Shown one piece after another: positions 53,401 through 64,000 of a stretch of DNA of 64,000 nt. The DNA comes from Mytilus trossulus (lineage: Eukaryota). A program made the position numbers and the translations under genes. Location: NCBI RefSeq assembly GCF_036588685.1, contig NC_086376.1, positions 91,181,630-91,245,629 on the forward strand, given 5' to 3'. Each line of letters starts with the position of its first letter. The first letter of the stretch is position 1. A model generated the notes under the pieces. The model made no database searches and was not told where the DNA came from. It saw only the letters and a list, made by a program, of their open reading frames with translations.

Positions 53401-53566
53401 CAGGCGCGGATCCAGAAGGGGGGGGGGGGTCCGGTGGTTGGAACACCCCTTTTTTTAAAACTTTTTTAAGATCAATGTATTTGAATGGGGACATGTAGTT
53501 GGACCAGCCCCCCTTTTTTTGTCCTGGGTTAGAACCCCCTTTTTAAAATGGCTGGATCCGCCCCTG
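53401..53566. mobile_element. 166-bp GC-rich MITE nested in the Harbinger-group element
   Basis: TIR CAGGCGCGGATCCAG / CTGGATCCGCCCCTG, flanked by TAATA on both sides. A similar lone right end lies at ~52845-52861. Confidence 0.75.
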
Positions 53567-53859
53567 TAATATTGGTCGTTGTGTTAAACTGTAGTTAAAG
53601 TATGCCACTCTAAAGGCATGCATATGTTGAAGGCCGAACATTGACCTATAATAGTTTACTTTTGTAAATTGTTATTTGGATAGGGAGTTGTCTCATTGGC
53701 GCTGATACTACATCTTCATATGAAAACAGAATACTTCTTTTTATGCTCTGGTTACGATCGTATCCGTCATATCACATTTTTTTCTGTAATATTTGACGTT
53801 AGTGTTTCGATTATTAAAGATGACATTCATGCATGTATACCTATTTTTGAAGAAACATA

Positions 53860-54435
53860 TAGTCGTCTCATTTATTGGCCTTCTTTTGGATGAATGGAAG
53901 GACTTACACGGTGGGTGGGGAAAACTTCCGTTTGCAGTAGGGGCTATTGACGGAACTTCAACTGAAATTTATAAGCCGATAACAGAACCACAGGAACAAT
54001 ATTATTCGAGATACAGACAATATCACTGCATTCATACTCAAGTTGTTATATCGAACGAAGGCAGGATATGTTATGTCGAATGTGGATTTCATGGACATCA
54101 AAACGATGCTCAGCATTATATGTTGATGCGAAATATTGGACAACAACTACCTTTCCCGGATGAGCTATTTCTGCTGGGCGATAAAATTTATCCTAACAGA
54201 CATCCAGTACTGACAGCTTATACTAGACAGCAAATTGTTAGAAAACCCCGGAATAGGCAGAGAAAATGTAGAAAGTTAAATAGACTGATTACCCACTATA
54301 GAGTTATGGTTGAACACGCAATCGAAGAATTAAAAAAATATAAAGTTATGGGGACTTAGTGGAGACAGCGATTAACATCTGTTGTGACCATATGCGCTGT
54401 TTTCGTTTGCCGCCGTAAAGACTTATTTACAAAAT
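53860..54435 (+). pseudogene. Harbinger/IS5-like DDE transposase (DDE_Tnp_4/HARBI1-like), C-terminal fragment
   Basis: GAIDGT, G..ND, LLGDKIYP and RVMVEHAI form the catalytic D-D-E motifs. The N-terminus is missing and there is a premature TAG at 54357-54359. Confidence 0.85.
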
Positions 54436-55469
54436 AAAAAAAATCATTTAACTATGTATCTTTATTTGTTTTTTGTTTTTTTTCCAATTTGAGATGACCC
54501 TTTGTTTTTTTAACTGTAATCGTAAGTCTAAGGTGTAATCCTAGGTGTAGACCTAGTTTCCGCAAATGTCTATTATAACATACTTAGTCTAGTCTCAGAT
54601 CTATCTGATTCAGTGAAAGAGTATAATTATTCTCGACTCCTAGTTCTCGACTCCTAGTATGACCTCACGTGTGTGGTAAAATTTGTTGATTGATGCACGT
54701 GGCGATTCTAGTAAATGAATTAATCTACAAAGCGAGAGCTCTTTCCATTTTCATCAGCTAAGAGTGGAATTTAGCACTTTTTGAAAGGCTATCGCTTGTT
54801 TTTTTAATGTCAAAAACATTTTAAAATTTAAAAGAGTGTGGTTCTATCCAGAAGTAAAATGATAGGACTTACAATGTACAACGTGTGTTTATTATCAGAT
54901 TATGTATATTATATAATCTCCCAGTATATAATAGTCCCAGTTACAAATTGTACGCAATTACCGGCCAGTATTGTTTATCTTAGATGTGGTGGTATTTAGA
55001 TTTATCAGGTAGAGTTACCGCCCCTTCAGCGCTAAAATGCCAATTTAGTTCTAGCTCAGACTACTATACTATAGTCTCAGGTTCTAGGTAAACATTTGTG
55101 TATAATTTATTAAGTAATACATCTACAATAGTGAAATATCTGCAGATTATATTGTTATTAGCTATAAATTTTTCTTTTATAATGATATATTCTATGAATA
55201 AATATACTGGGTTAACCCCATTCCGGTGGTCAAAATGTTAATCATTATTCCAAAGTGCCGGTCGAACTAGACGGAACAAATATGATTGAAATAAATAAAA
55301 TTCAGATATTTAGCTCTTCAATGGTGCATAATATGTTACCCATTTGTCAAGTTTTATCAGTTTAATAAATGATTGAAAATCGGTGATCACCACCCATCAT
55401 TGTTTTTGCTATTGTATGTACTCGAGATTCCGCCAATCTAGACGCACCCCTTAGTTGATTGCAAGGGTA

Positions 55470-55895
55470 CAGCGGATCCATGTACACTCCCTAAGGATTA
55501 ATGGAGATGTGTCCTTTACAATATTATCCCACCACCAGAACAATCCCCACCCAACACCACCTAAGGGAGCGTGTAGGACACCGTGAAGTCTGTTATTATG
55601 GTGGAGGAAGCCGAAGTACTCGGAGAGAACCACCGGGCCACTCGGTGGAAACAGACAAACCAGAGAGATATCAGAAGATTGATCTCCAGGTCAAAGTAGG
55701 GGACAACTTTGACCAACCGAGGCCCCCAAAGTACCCATTCTAGTTTAAACTCCGGTCTGGGTACCAGAGATGTGTGTGAGAGGGTGAAAATTACCCTTCT
55801 GATGTACTGATATTTTTAGCACCCTGAGTGAGAATCGAACTCGGGACCTTCAGCACTGTAGCCATCGGTCTTAACCACTAGACCACTAGACCACG
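55470..55895 (-). mobile_element. tRNA-derived SINE with a V-domain-like body
   Basis: Minus-strand head GTGGTCTAGTGGTTAAG (box A)...GAGTTCGATTC (box B). Body GGTGGTTCTCTCCGAGTACTTCGGCTTCCTCCACC. Confidence 0.65.
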
Positions 55896-57929
55896 AACTC
55901 ACTATTAACCTCTTTCCGGTGCAAAGGTAAAATATAGTATGGAGGACAACTTGGAACACTAATGCACCTTATTTTGTGCATCAAATAACGCTAATATTCT
56001 AGTAAAGAAGTACAGATCAGCAAAACACGATTTTATTTAGGACAAATACACAAATTATTTTTGACAAGATGAAAAGTGTTGAAAAGTCCAATATGCAAGA
56101 TTTTTTTTCTAAATTTAAAAAAAAAATATCATTCAAATTTTTGTTTTACTTTCACTCTTTTGTGGAAATTATTTGAAATAATTCTATTTAGATGGCAATA
56201 GTGGAAAAACTATTTTTTTCTCTGTAGACTCATCAAAAGGGTAATTGGAGCATCTCCTATCCACAGAAACCAAACCAAGTGTCCTATCTCTAAGAGTGCT
56301 TTCTGGAATACCATAGTTTTTTGCAGCTTTGTAAACAGACATTCCATTTTAGACAGCACCATAGGCAAATTTCGAAGCATTTGGGTCATATTGTTTTTTC
56401 TTCATTGTAAAAATATCTGTAATAAAAATGAATAGTCATAATCATTTACAAAAGATCAGTAAAATCTTAAATTCAGTTTGAAAAAATAATTTCATTTCCC
56501 CCCCTTATTTATACCTTCAATTAATTATAAAGCACATTTTTTTTAATAATTATTGTGCAACCATTTTGTCCTTTAATCACAGTAATATGTTCTTCATATT
56601 CATTTTTATAAATTCTTATTAAATTCAATCAACATAAATAGTTTTATAAACATAAAAACGAGATTAATAACTTTTTTCTAAAATAAACTGTAAAAGTGTT
56701 CATTTTTGTTAATTAGGCTTTCCATAGATTTTTCAGAGTCATATCGAGGCTGTATCATCACGTGACTGTTGTTTGGGACGCCTTGCAAATGGCAGACGAA
56801 AAATCAATAACAATAAATCGATTTGGGATGATTATTCAATATTTTTAGATGGCTTGAAATTTTATGGCATATGAATGAATTTGGGAATTATGGAAATCAT
56901 ACTATCGTGCGCTAATATATATCTACCTGTAATGAAGACCGTTTGACATATTTACATTTCTTGATGACAGCAATGCACCAGTTGTCTGTAACCTGTAACC
57001 CCTGACCCTTGCACGCGCTTTTAGTTCAACAAATACCCGCAATTTAACATTACACCGGAATCAGGGATACACCGGAAAGAGGAGAAGGCAGTATACACCT
57101 TCTTCTTCTTTAGGTTTCTAGCTTCTTCTTCTCTGAATCTTTACACCCTTTGTAGGGTAACCATACTTCCGTATGTTGAACAGTTCCACCACCAAAGAAA
57201 ATAAAAAATAATATATACATGAAGAATAAATTAACAATCGTAAAACTTATATATACACTATATTTACATTTTTTATTAAGTCTTTATGTGTTTTTACAAA
57301 GGAGGTTTACATGTTTTATTTTGAATTTTACATGGGAAGTTTACAGTTTAATGTGCAATTAAAGGAAAAATTTTGATTTTACTTTTAGCAGTTATTTTTC
57401 ATATATTTTATTATTAATTTTTTAATACTTTTTTTATTTTGTTTATTATTTTTGGTTACTAATTGATATTTAATTATAATGATAACATTTACAGATTAGG
57501 TTATATTCACTTTTTAGATAATTACCCAGATGAAATAAAAAGAAAAAGATTTTGGTCTTTGCCCTTTAAAATTCTCCTTTATATCTTTGAAGTTAATTTA
57601 ACACTAATTTATTCGCTGTGTTTTATGAGAACAATTAGTAAGATGATGTTTTTACGACTATTTATAGTTAATTCACAGAATATTAATGAACTGAAACTTA
57701 ATTCGAATAAATTTTTAAAATGTTTTGTTTAAATTTTACATTGCTGTCCTCCCATCCTTGCCCCCATTCTCAGGCAGCCTTTTTCTTTGCTTGGTCTTTC
57801 ATCACCAGTTGATATCGTGCGTTGTGTATGAGGAACACTAGTCTTCTTGATTGGAATTCTATTTGAGATATCAGGTCAGATGTGATTCTGTATATCTTTT
57901 GTATTTTTGTAATGTCAATTAATACTTGA

Positions 57930-58190
57930 ATTAATGTTACAGGTATTTTATTTGATGTTTCACCTTCAAGGACTACAGTTTGTGTTCTGTTTGTTAAGAA
58001 ATCTTGAATCCAATGATAAGCATTGCAATTTATACCGTAGAAACCAATTTTGTACATGAGGTGGTGATGTGAAACTTTATCAAATGCTTTTGCAAAATCC
58101 ATTATTATGATGTCTATTTGAATGTTTTTATTATTTGAATTTGCAAGATCTTGAATAAATGGTATTAGCTGAGTTTCACAGGAGCGGGAC
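57930..58190 (-). mobile_element. CR1/L2-type LINE reverse-transcriptase fragment
   Basis: Translates RSCETQL...IDIIIMDFAKAFDKVSH...WIQDFLTNRTQTVVLEG. Confidence 0.85.
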
Positions 58191-58216
58191 GATCATATTT
58201 GTACTTTGTATCTATA

Positions 58217-58401
58217 AGTGACATCTGTACATGCATGTATATCCTTAGTCCAAATAATTATGACGTCTTGACTCTTGAAAGGCTATTATATTTTTTTTCT
58301 TTGACGCCTTACATCGAGGCGTCAAAGAAAAAAATATAATAGCCTTTCAAGACGTCATAATTATTTGGACTAAGGATATACATGCATGTACAGATGTCAC
58401 T
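58217..58401. repeat. 185-bp palindrome: hairpin MITE (58246-58372, same family as 52908-53044) plus inverted flanks
   Basis: AGTGACATCTGTACATGCATGTATATCCTTAGTCCAAATAATTATGACGTC...GACGTCATAATTATTTGGACTAAGGATATACATGCATGTACAGATGTCACT. Confidence 0.9.
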
Positions 58402-58627
58402 AGATACCTAATATAATAGTATCAAAAGTATACAAATCCAAAGACAAAAGGAGAAACTACATTACTCATTAGGGATTATAAGTTTGCAAGAGAGGAACAT
58501 TTACTGTAGTAAGTTGGTTAATAAATTGTATTTAACAATCCATACCTTACAGTTAATAAATCATCAAACTTTAAACTTGTTATCTTATATATATATATAT
58601 CCAGGTTAGACAACGGGAAGACAGGAA

Positions 58628-59221
58628 AGCCAGACTTCACTCCCTCTACAGTCCATAGCATGACTTATCTCCCTTTACAGTCCATAGCATGACTTATCTC
58701 CCTTTACAGTCCATAGCCAATCGGAACAACTCGGCCTTTCTGGTTGCACGAAGAAATACTGCGTAGCGAGAATGGCCGAGTAGTTACGATTGAGTCCATA
58801 GCATGACTTCACTCCCTTTACAGTCCATAGCATGACTTCACTCCCTTTACAGTCCATAGCCAGACTTCACTCCCTTTACAGTCCATAGCCAGACTTCACT
58901 CCCTTTATAGTCCATAGCATGACTTCACTCCCTTTACAGTCCATAGCCAGACTTCACTCCCTTTACAGTCCATAGCCAGACTTCACTCCCTTTACAGTCC
59001 ATAGCATGACTTCACTCCCTTTACAGTCCATAGCATGACTTCACTCCCTTTACAGTCCATAGCCAGACTTCACTCCCTTTACAGTCCATAGCCAGACTTC
59101 ACTCCCTTTACAGTCCATAGCATGACTTCACTCCCTTTACACTGAGTCCATAGCCAGACTTCACTCCCTTTACAGTCCATAGCATGACTTCACTCCCTTT
59201 ACAGTCCATAGCATGACTTCA
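58628..59221. repeat. 29-bp minisatellite (~17 copies) interrupted by a 75-bp hairpin insert
   Basis: Unit GACTTCACTCCCTTTACAGTCCATAGC(AT/CA). Confidence 0.95.
58718..58792. mobile_element. 75-bp hairpin mini-element with an apparent 10-bp TSD
   Basis: CAATCGGAACAACTCGGCC...GGCCGAGTAGTTACGATTG, with AGTCCATAGC on both sides. Confidence 0.7.
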
Positions 59222-60443
59222 ACAATTAATTATTGCGCAGGAACAGAAGACCCTTTACCATACCTAGCCCATATAATTGATATGTCTTGTGATGTCTTTA
59301 TTAAAATAATTTATGGACACATTTTTAGTCTTTCAAGATCCTACCCCGACACATTATACACCTCATTGCTATATGTCTGCCATTACTAGACATCACAAAG
59401 GTTCATGTAAAATTTTGATGTGTGTGAATTGTCATAATTCAAAATATCTGATGCCTCAATCATGTCAATGGATAAGTTAAAATGTTGTATTATGTCAAAA
59501 GTTCAAATGACGCAGATTTCCAAATAGCAATAAGGTGTATTTTAAATCTTAACTCTGAGCCAACCAGTCTTTACTCTTACTACTTTAAAAGAATGTTAAT
59601 GCAGCATGCTTAGCCACGAAGCAGTCAAAACCAGCTATCTATTAATTTTGAAGTTTGTCCAATCTAATAGAATTAATTGTTTCATATAGAAATAAGTATT
59701 AAAAGCATGGCAAGCATTAAAAGTAGCATTAAAACATTATTAATAAAATCTAGTACATTCTACAGGTTTTTATTTATTGATGTATCACTTATTCTCTGTT
59801 TATGTTCCACGGACTGTTGACCTCTTTTTGTTTTAAAAGTGAAATAACAGACCTACAGAATTACTTAGCCTTCAATAGAGTATTCGGGACACCTTTCATT
59901 TTCCATTGTCAACAAAAATATTTTATTTCAATGAGATCCATAAAGGTTTTTGTCAAACTGATATAAAATTGAGCCAATATTTTTTTTTTTTAAATGTATG
60001 TTTTTTATAGCAAACATTGCAATGGTATGTTTAATGCTAAAAATAAAACCTTGCATTTGAATTCTGATGTCAATGTCACAGGACATTCCTTTTGGGACCT
60101 AAATTACAGCTTTTGTGAGCCATGGCTTCATGTAGAAGATCTTATATGTACTTTTACCTATAATGCTTATTATGGTTCACTTTTATAAATTGTGACTTGG
60201 ATGGAGAGTCGTCTCATTAATTGGCACTTATACCACATCTTCTTATACATGTATCTATTTGCAAAATGTCTGAATTTACAGTTTACCTAAGCCTGACTTG
60301 GAATGTACTGAAGAAGTGTCAATTAACATGCCTATTATCATGGTTATATACATGATGTCAGATACATTTTTGTATTTGTATGTCAGATTTTTTTTTGTGT
60401 TATTTTTATTTAAAGGCTTAAAGTGAAATAGGAAGAAAAGAAA

Positions 60444-60625
60444 ATGATTAACAAAACAATACTGCTGTTACTGCTGCATATGATTAAGATGACTTACTCA
60501 GAGTATGGGTCAACCAATGTAATGATTGACACAGATACAGTTATTGAAACAATATCCGATAGATTCCTTAGTGTTACATTAGATACATCAACTATACAGG
60601 CTAATTGGGCAACACTCAACCTCAG
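60444..60625 (+). CDS. HPSE: Heparanase-like GH79 endo-beta-glucuronidase, coding exon 1 (signal peptide and N-terminus)
   Basis: MINKTILLLLLHMIKMTYSE is signal-peptide-like, followed by ISDRFLSVTLD (heparanase VSPSFLSVTID). Donor CTCAG|GTAAAG, phase 2. An acceptor TTTTTATTTAAAG at 60415 suggests an upstream non-coding exon. Confidence 0.85.
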
Positions 60626-60990
60626 GTAAAGATTTTCATTGTCAGGCAAATTTGATAACACTCAACCTCAGGTAAAGATTTTCATTGTCAGTCTAATTGG
60701 CAACACTCAACCTCAGGTGAAGATTTTCATTGTCAGGCTAATTGCCAATTGGGCAACACTCAACCTCCGGTAATGATTTTCGTTTTCAGGCAAATTAGGC
60801 AACACTCAACCTTAGGTAATGATTTTCCTTGTCAGGCAAAATGGGCAACACTCAACTCCAAGTTAACAGATTCATTGTTAGGCAAAATAGGCAACACTCA
60901 ATTACCATGATTACAGGTGAAGAGATTCCATATTCATGTTATTAGGCAAATTGGACAACACTTAACCTCAAGTAGATAGATTCATTATCT
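60600..60990 (+). repeat. ~46-bp tandem repeat (about 8 decaying copies) made from the exon 1/intron 1 junction of the heparanase-like gene
   Basis: Unit ~GGCAACACTCAACCTCAG|GTAAAGATTTTCATTGTCAGGCAAATT. GT positions at 60626, 60672, 60717, 60770 and 60816, then degenerate copies. Confidence 0.9.
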
Positions 60991-61193
60991 AGCATCAGTT
61001 AACTTAAAAAATGACCCATTACATGATTACAAGACAAGTTTCATGAAAAAATAAGGAAACAATTATGATGTTCATACTTTAATTCAGATACAGAGATTTA
61101 CTATCCCTCAAATTAACCAAAATTATCTAGGTAAAGAGATTCTTTACCATGTACAATTCACAATTATTGAATACATCTTTTTTTCTTTTTTAG

Positions 61194-61375
61194 TTCTCCA
61201 AAGGTACAGGTTTTAGCCAAAGCTTTATCACCATGTTATTTACGTGTTGGAGGAAGCTCAGCAGATTACCTTCAGTTTAATCAATCGTCTGAGAGTGAAA
61301 GATACCCAAAAGTGTCTAAAGAATTCATGTTCACAGACCATATAAACAACAAACTGACCAATTTTACTATGATAC
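61194..61375 (+). CDS. HPSE: Heparanase-like GH79, coding exon 2
   Basis: Acceptor TTTTTTCTTTTTTAG. Translates SSPKVQVLAKALSPCYLRVGGSSADYLQF (heparanase [28 protein letters not shown]). Donor C|GTAAG. Phases are compatible with both neighbouring exons. Confidence 0.9.
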
Positions 61376-61963
61376 GTAAGAATTTACTATATAAGCTAGT
61401 AATTTATTATGATTTCAGATGTATAGCTGGTATACAAGATGTAACTGATAAATATCCTAGAGTTTAAAAAAACTTTGATAATCTATCTATCACTGTTTTC
61501 ATAGGCAATGTCAATGAAGTATGCTTGTGACTGCATACATTAACAAATGGAAGTTTTTAACGACCTTGACTGGCTATACAGCCCTTGCACGGTCGGCTAG
61601 CATACATTCTCTTTCTGCCCACTGAGAAAAACTTGTATCATTCAAGTACAAGCATGATATAAAATATTACCACAAAAAAAGAACAAAGCAAAACTTTTAG
61701 AATTTTATATTTTGTATGATTATTTAATGACTTGTTTGGCAAAGTAATGATATTGATTTACAGACAGAAAATAAATAATAGAAAAAACGCAAAAGACAAC
61801 TGGAGGTCGACATATTTTTGTGTGTTTTGAAATGATTTTCATAGAAACTTTGCCTGTCTACCAACTTAACTTTTAATTTAAAGCTTATAAGCAAACACAT
61901 AGGTATTTTTGCTCATAAATGTATTTTAAGATTAATTTTGGTTCTTTTCTGGTTTAATTTTAG

Positions 61964-62137
61964 CAAGACAGTGGGATGAACTGAATGGTTTTGTAGAAAT
62001 GGTTGGATGGGATCTTATATTTGACCTCAACTCACTTCTTAGACAGAATGAACAATGGCTACCAGATAATGCTAAACTACTTATGGATTATACAACACAG
62101 AAAGGATATAAAATTGCAGGATGGGAACTAGGCAATG
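61964..62137 (+). CDS. HPSE: Heparanase-like GH79, coding exon 3
   Basis: Translates PRQWDELNGFVEMVGWDLIFDLNSLLR...NAKLLMDYTTQKGYKIAGWELGN. AG and GT boundaries are in phase. Confidence 0.92.
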
Positions 62138-62857
62138 GTAACATTTTAATTAATGATGTCAACACATAACCTTGTATAAATTTGTAGAACTTTTTTTATA
62201 TTTTTTCTTTTAAAAAATATATACAGGCCTTAATTTCTAACCATATCCACCTTCCTAGAAAAAAGAAAAAAAACTATCCCAAAAAGACAATATTACCCCT
62301 GGTAATGTAAACTCATTTCATGTTTGAAAAAATTCAAAGGACTTGAATAATCAAATCATAAGAAACAATTTCTATCAAGCGCCTTTCAAAATTCACATTG
62401 GTATAAGAAGTTAATGTGCAATGAAAGTATAGAGAAAAATCTCTGTACTTTTATGTCTGAAATTTGGCTCCTGTATTTCCAATATCAGTTGTGAGTATAG
62501 GTTTAAAGAGTATGTGCAATGTTAATATAAAGAGAAAAAATATAAAATAACTTCTGAAAAAAATTATTCCAGACAGGCTTTTCCCATTGGGACACATTCA
62601 AACAATAGCATGTTCAAACATCAGTTAGAGGTTTTTGTTTTGTATATATAAAGGAATGTCAATATTCTTATAGCATTAACATGGGCTCATCCTGAACCAA
62701 CTTAATTTCATCCTGAATCAACATGGCTTTACTCTGAATCATGATCTTTTTCTAATTCTGAATTATCTGCTCAATGTTATACTTCTATCTATCACTCAAA
62801 ACTTTACAGATATAGAAAATGCCATGTAAAAATCTATGTATATTTTGTATATTTTAG

Positions 62858-63029
62858 AACCTGATGTTTATAGAGATGTAGGTATTAACATAACAGGAGC
62901 CCAGAGAGCCAAGGACTACAACATACTACACAGCCTCCTCAACCACTACTCACAATGGAAAAATAGTGTTGTTATAGGTCCTAGTGTTACAATGTTGGTC
63001 AAACAAATTAGTAGGAAGTATTTACAAGA
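62858..63029 (+). CDS. HPSE: Heparanase-like GH79, coding exon 4 (gene continues beyond the window)
   Basis: The splice junction completes WELGN-E-P, the GH79 catalytic acid/base Glu. Followed by ...AKDYNILHSLL...VIGPSV. Donor GA|GTAAGT. Confidence 0.9.
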
Positions 63030-63469
63030 GTAAGTATCATCAGTATGAGTGTTAAGGGTCAGTTTGATGTATTAACTGTTTGTATATATTACATGTATCT
63101 GTTTTTGTTGACCATAAACATTTGAAAGTTGTCTCTACTGATATTAAAAAGAAGGAGATTTATTAGGGTTACCAATGAGACAACTATCCACTCGGCCAGT
63201 TTAAATCAAATGTGATCTAAATATGTTTATGATTTCCATTATAGAAGGAAAATGCATGTATTTTACTCAAATGTGATCTAAATCTATCTACGATTTCCAT
63301 GATAGAAGGAAAATGCATGTATTTTACAATGTATTACTTGCTTCCATCAGCAGTGGTGAAAAAAATAACCCAGAGAGTTTGAATGACAATCAGTGGTTAG
63401 ATTACTGTTTTTTGACACGCACATTAAAATGTGGCAATGTTAAACCTGTCTTGAGTACTAAACCATTTA

Positions 63470-64000
63470 ATTTTATTGTCGAGCCTTCGACTTTAGTCGA
63501 AAAAGGGAGACTAAGCGATCCTACTTTCCGTCGGCGGCGGCGGCGGCGTCCACAAATATTCACTCTGTGGTTAAAGTTTTTGAAATTTTGATAACTTTCT
63601 TAAACTATACTGGATTTCTACCAAACTTGGACAGAAGCTTGTTTATGATCATAAGATAGTATCCAGAAGTAAATTTTGTAAAAATGAAATTCCATTTTTT
63701 CCGTATTTTAAATATAAATGGACTTATTTTTTTCTGCGGGGAAACATTACATTCACTCTGTGGTTAAAGTTTTTAGAATTTTAATAACTTTCTTAAACTA
63801 TCCTTGGTTTGAACCAAATTTTGACAGAAGCTTGTTTTTGATCATAAGATAGTATCCAGAAGTAAATTTTGTAAAAAAATAAATCCATTTTTTCCGTATT
63901 TTACTTTTAAATGGACTTAGTTTTTTTCTGCGGGGAAACATTACATTCACTCTGTGGTTAAAGTTTTTAAAATTTTAATAACTTTCTTAAACTATCCTGG
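63470..64000 (+). mobile_element. Helentron/HINE (DINE-1/Pearl-like) non-autonomous element with an internal ~194-bp tandem array, truncated by the window end
   Basis: T-rich insertion point, short palindrome TTCGACTTTAGTCGAA, (CGG)n microsatellite, then units recurring at ~63559, 63752 and 63947. It lies in an intron of the heparanase-like gene. Confidence 0.7.

Larger units (their letters stand above)
53198..54571 (+). mobile_element. PIF/Harbinger-group (PHIS) DNA transposon, internally deleted
   Basis: TIR AGACATTTGCG.AAACT...ACACCTA.GATT mirrored at 54510-54571. ATT flanks both ends. Contains a DDE transposase fragment. Confidence 0.75.

Noticed and set aside
53793-54359. Domesticated HARBI1 gene
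   Set aside because: It is truncated, has a premature stop and is enclosed by TIRs, so it is a transposon relic.
55818-55895. Possible tRNA gene
   Set aside because: It has A and B boxes but no convincing acceptor stem, and it continues into a SINE body.

Overview
This is AT-rich animal genomic DNA with spliceosomal introns, two N gaps and dense repeats. The repeat content looks like a bivalve, probably a Mytilus-type mussel, which is an inference. Two host-level genes are supported. (1) An intact 664-aa coding sequence with no introns inside it, on the minus strand (36227-38221). Its ordered motifs match the bacterial glucan-synthesis glucosyltransferase OpgH/MdoH (GT2). It sits among host repeats and has a likely 5'-UTR intron, so it is a candidate domesticated horizontal transfer. 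(2) The first four coding exons of a heparanase-like GH79 glycosidase on the plus strand (60444-63029, continuing past the window), whose first splice donor has been tandemly amplified. The rest is mobile and repetitive DNA: a decayed Academ(X)-type transposon with intact ends and a 3-bp TSD, a PIF/Harbinger-group element, TTAA-flanked Kolobok-like MITEs, tiny hairpin MITEs with 9-10-bp TSDs, tRNA-derived SINEs, LINE and Penelope-like fragments, a Helentron-like element and several minisatellites (70, 54/56, 29 and 43 bp). Most short ORFs in the track are spurious.
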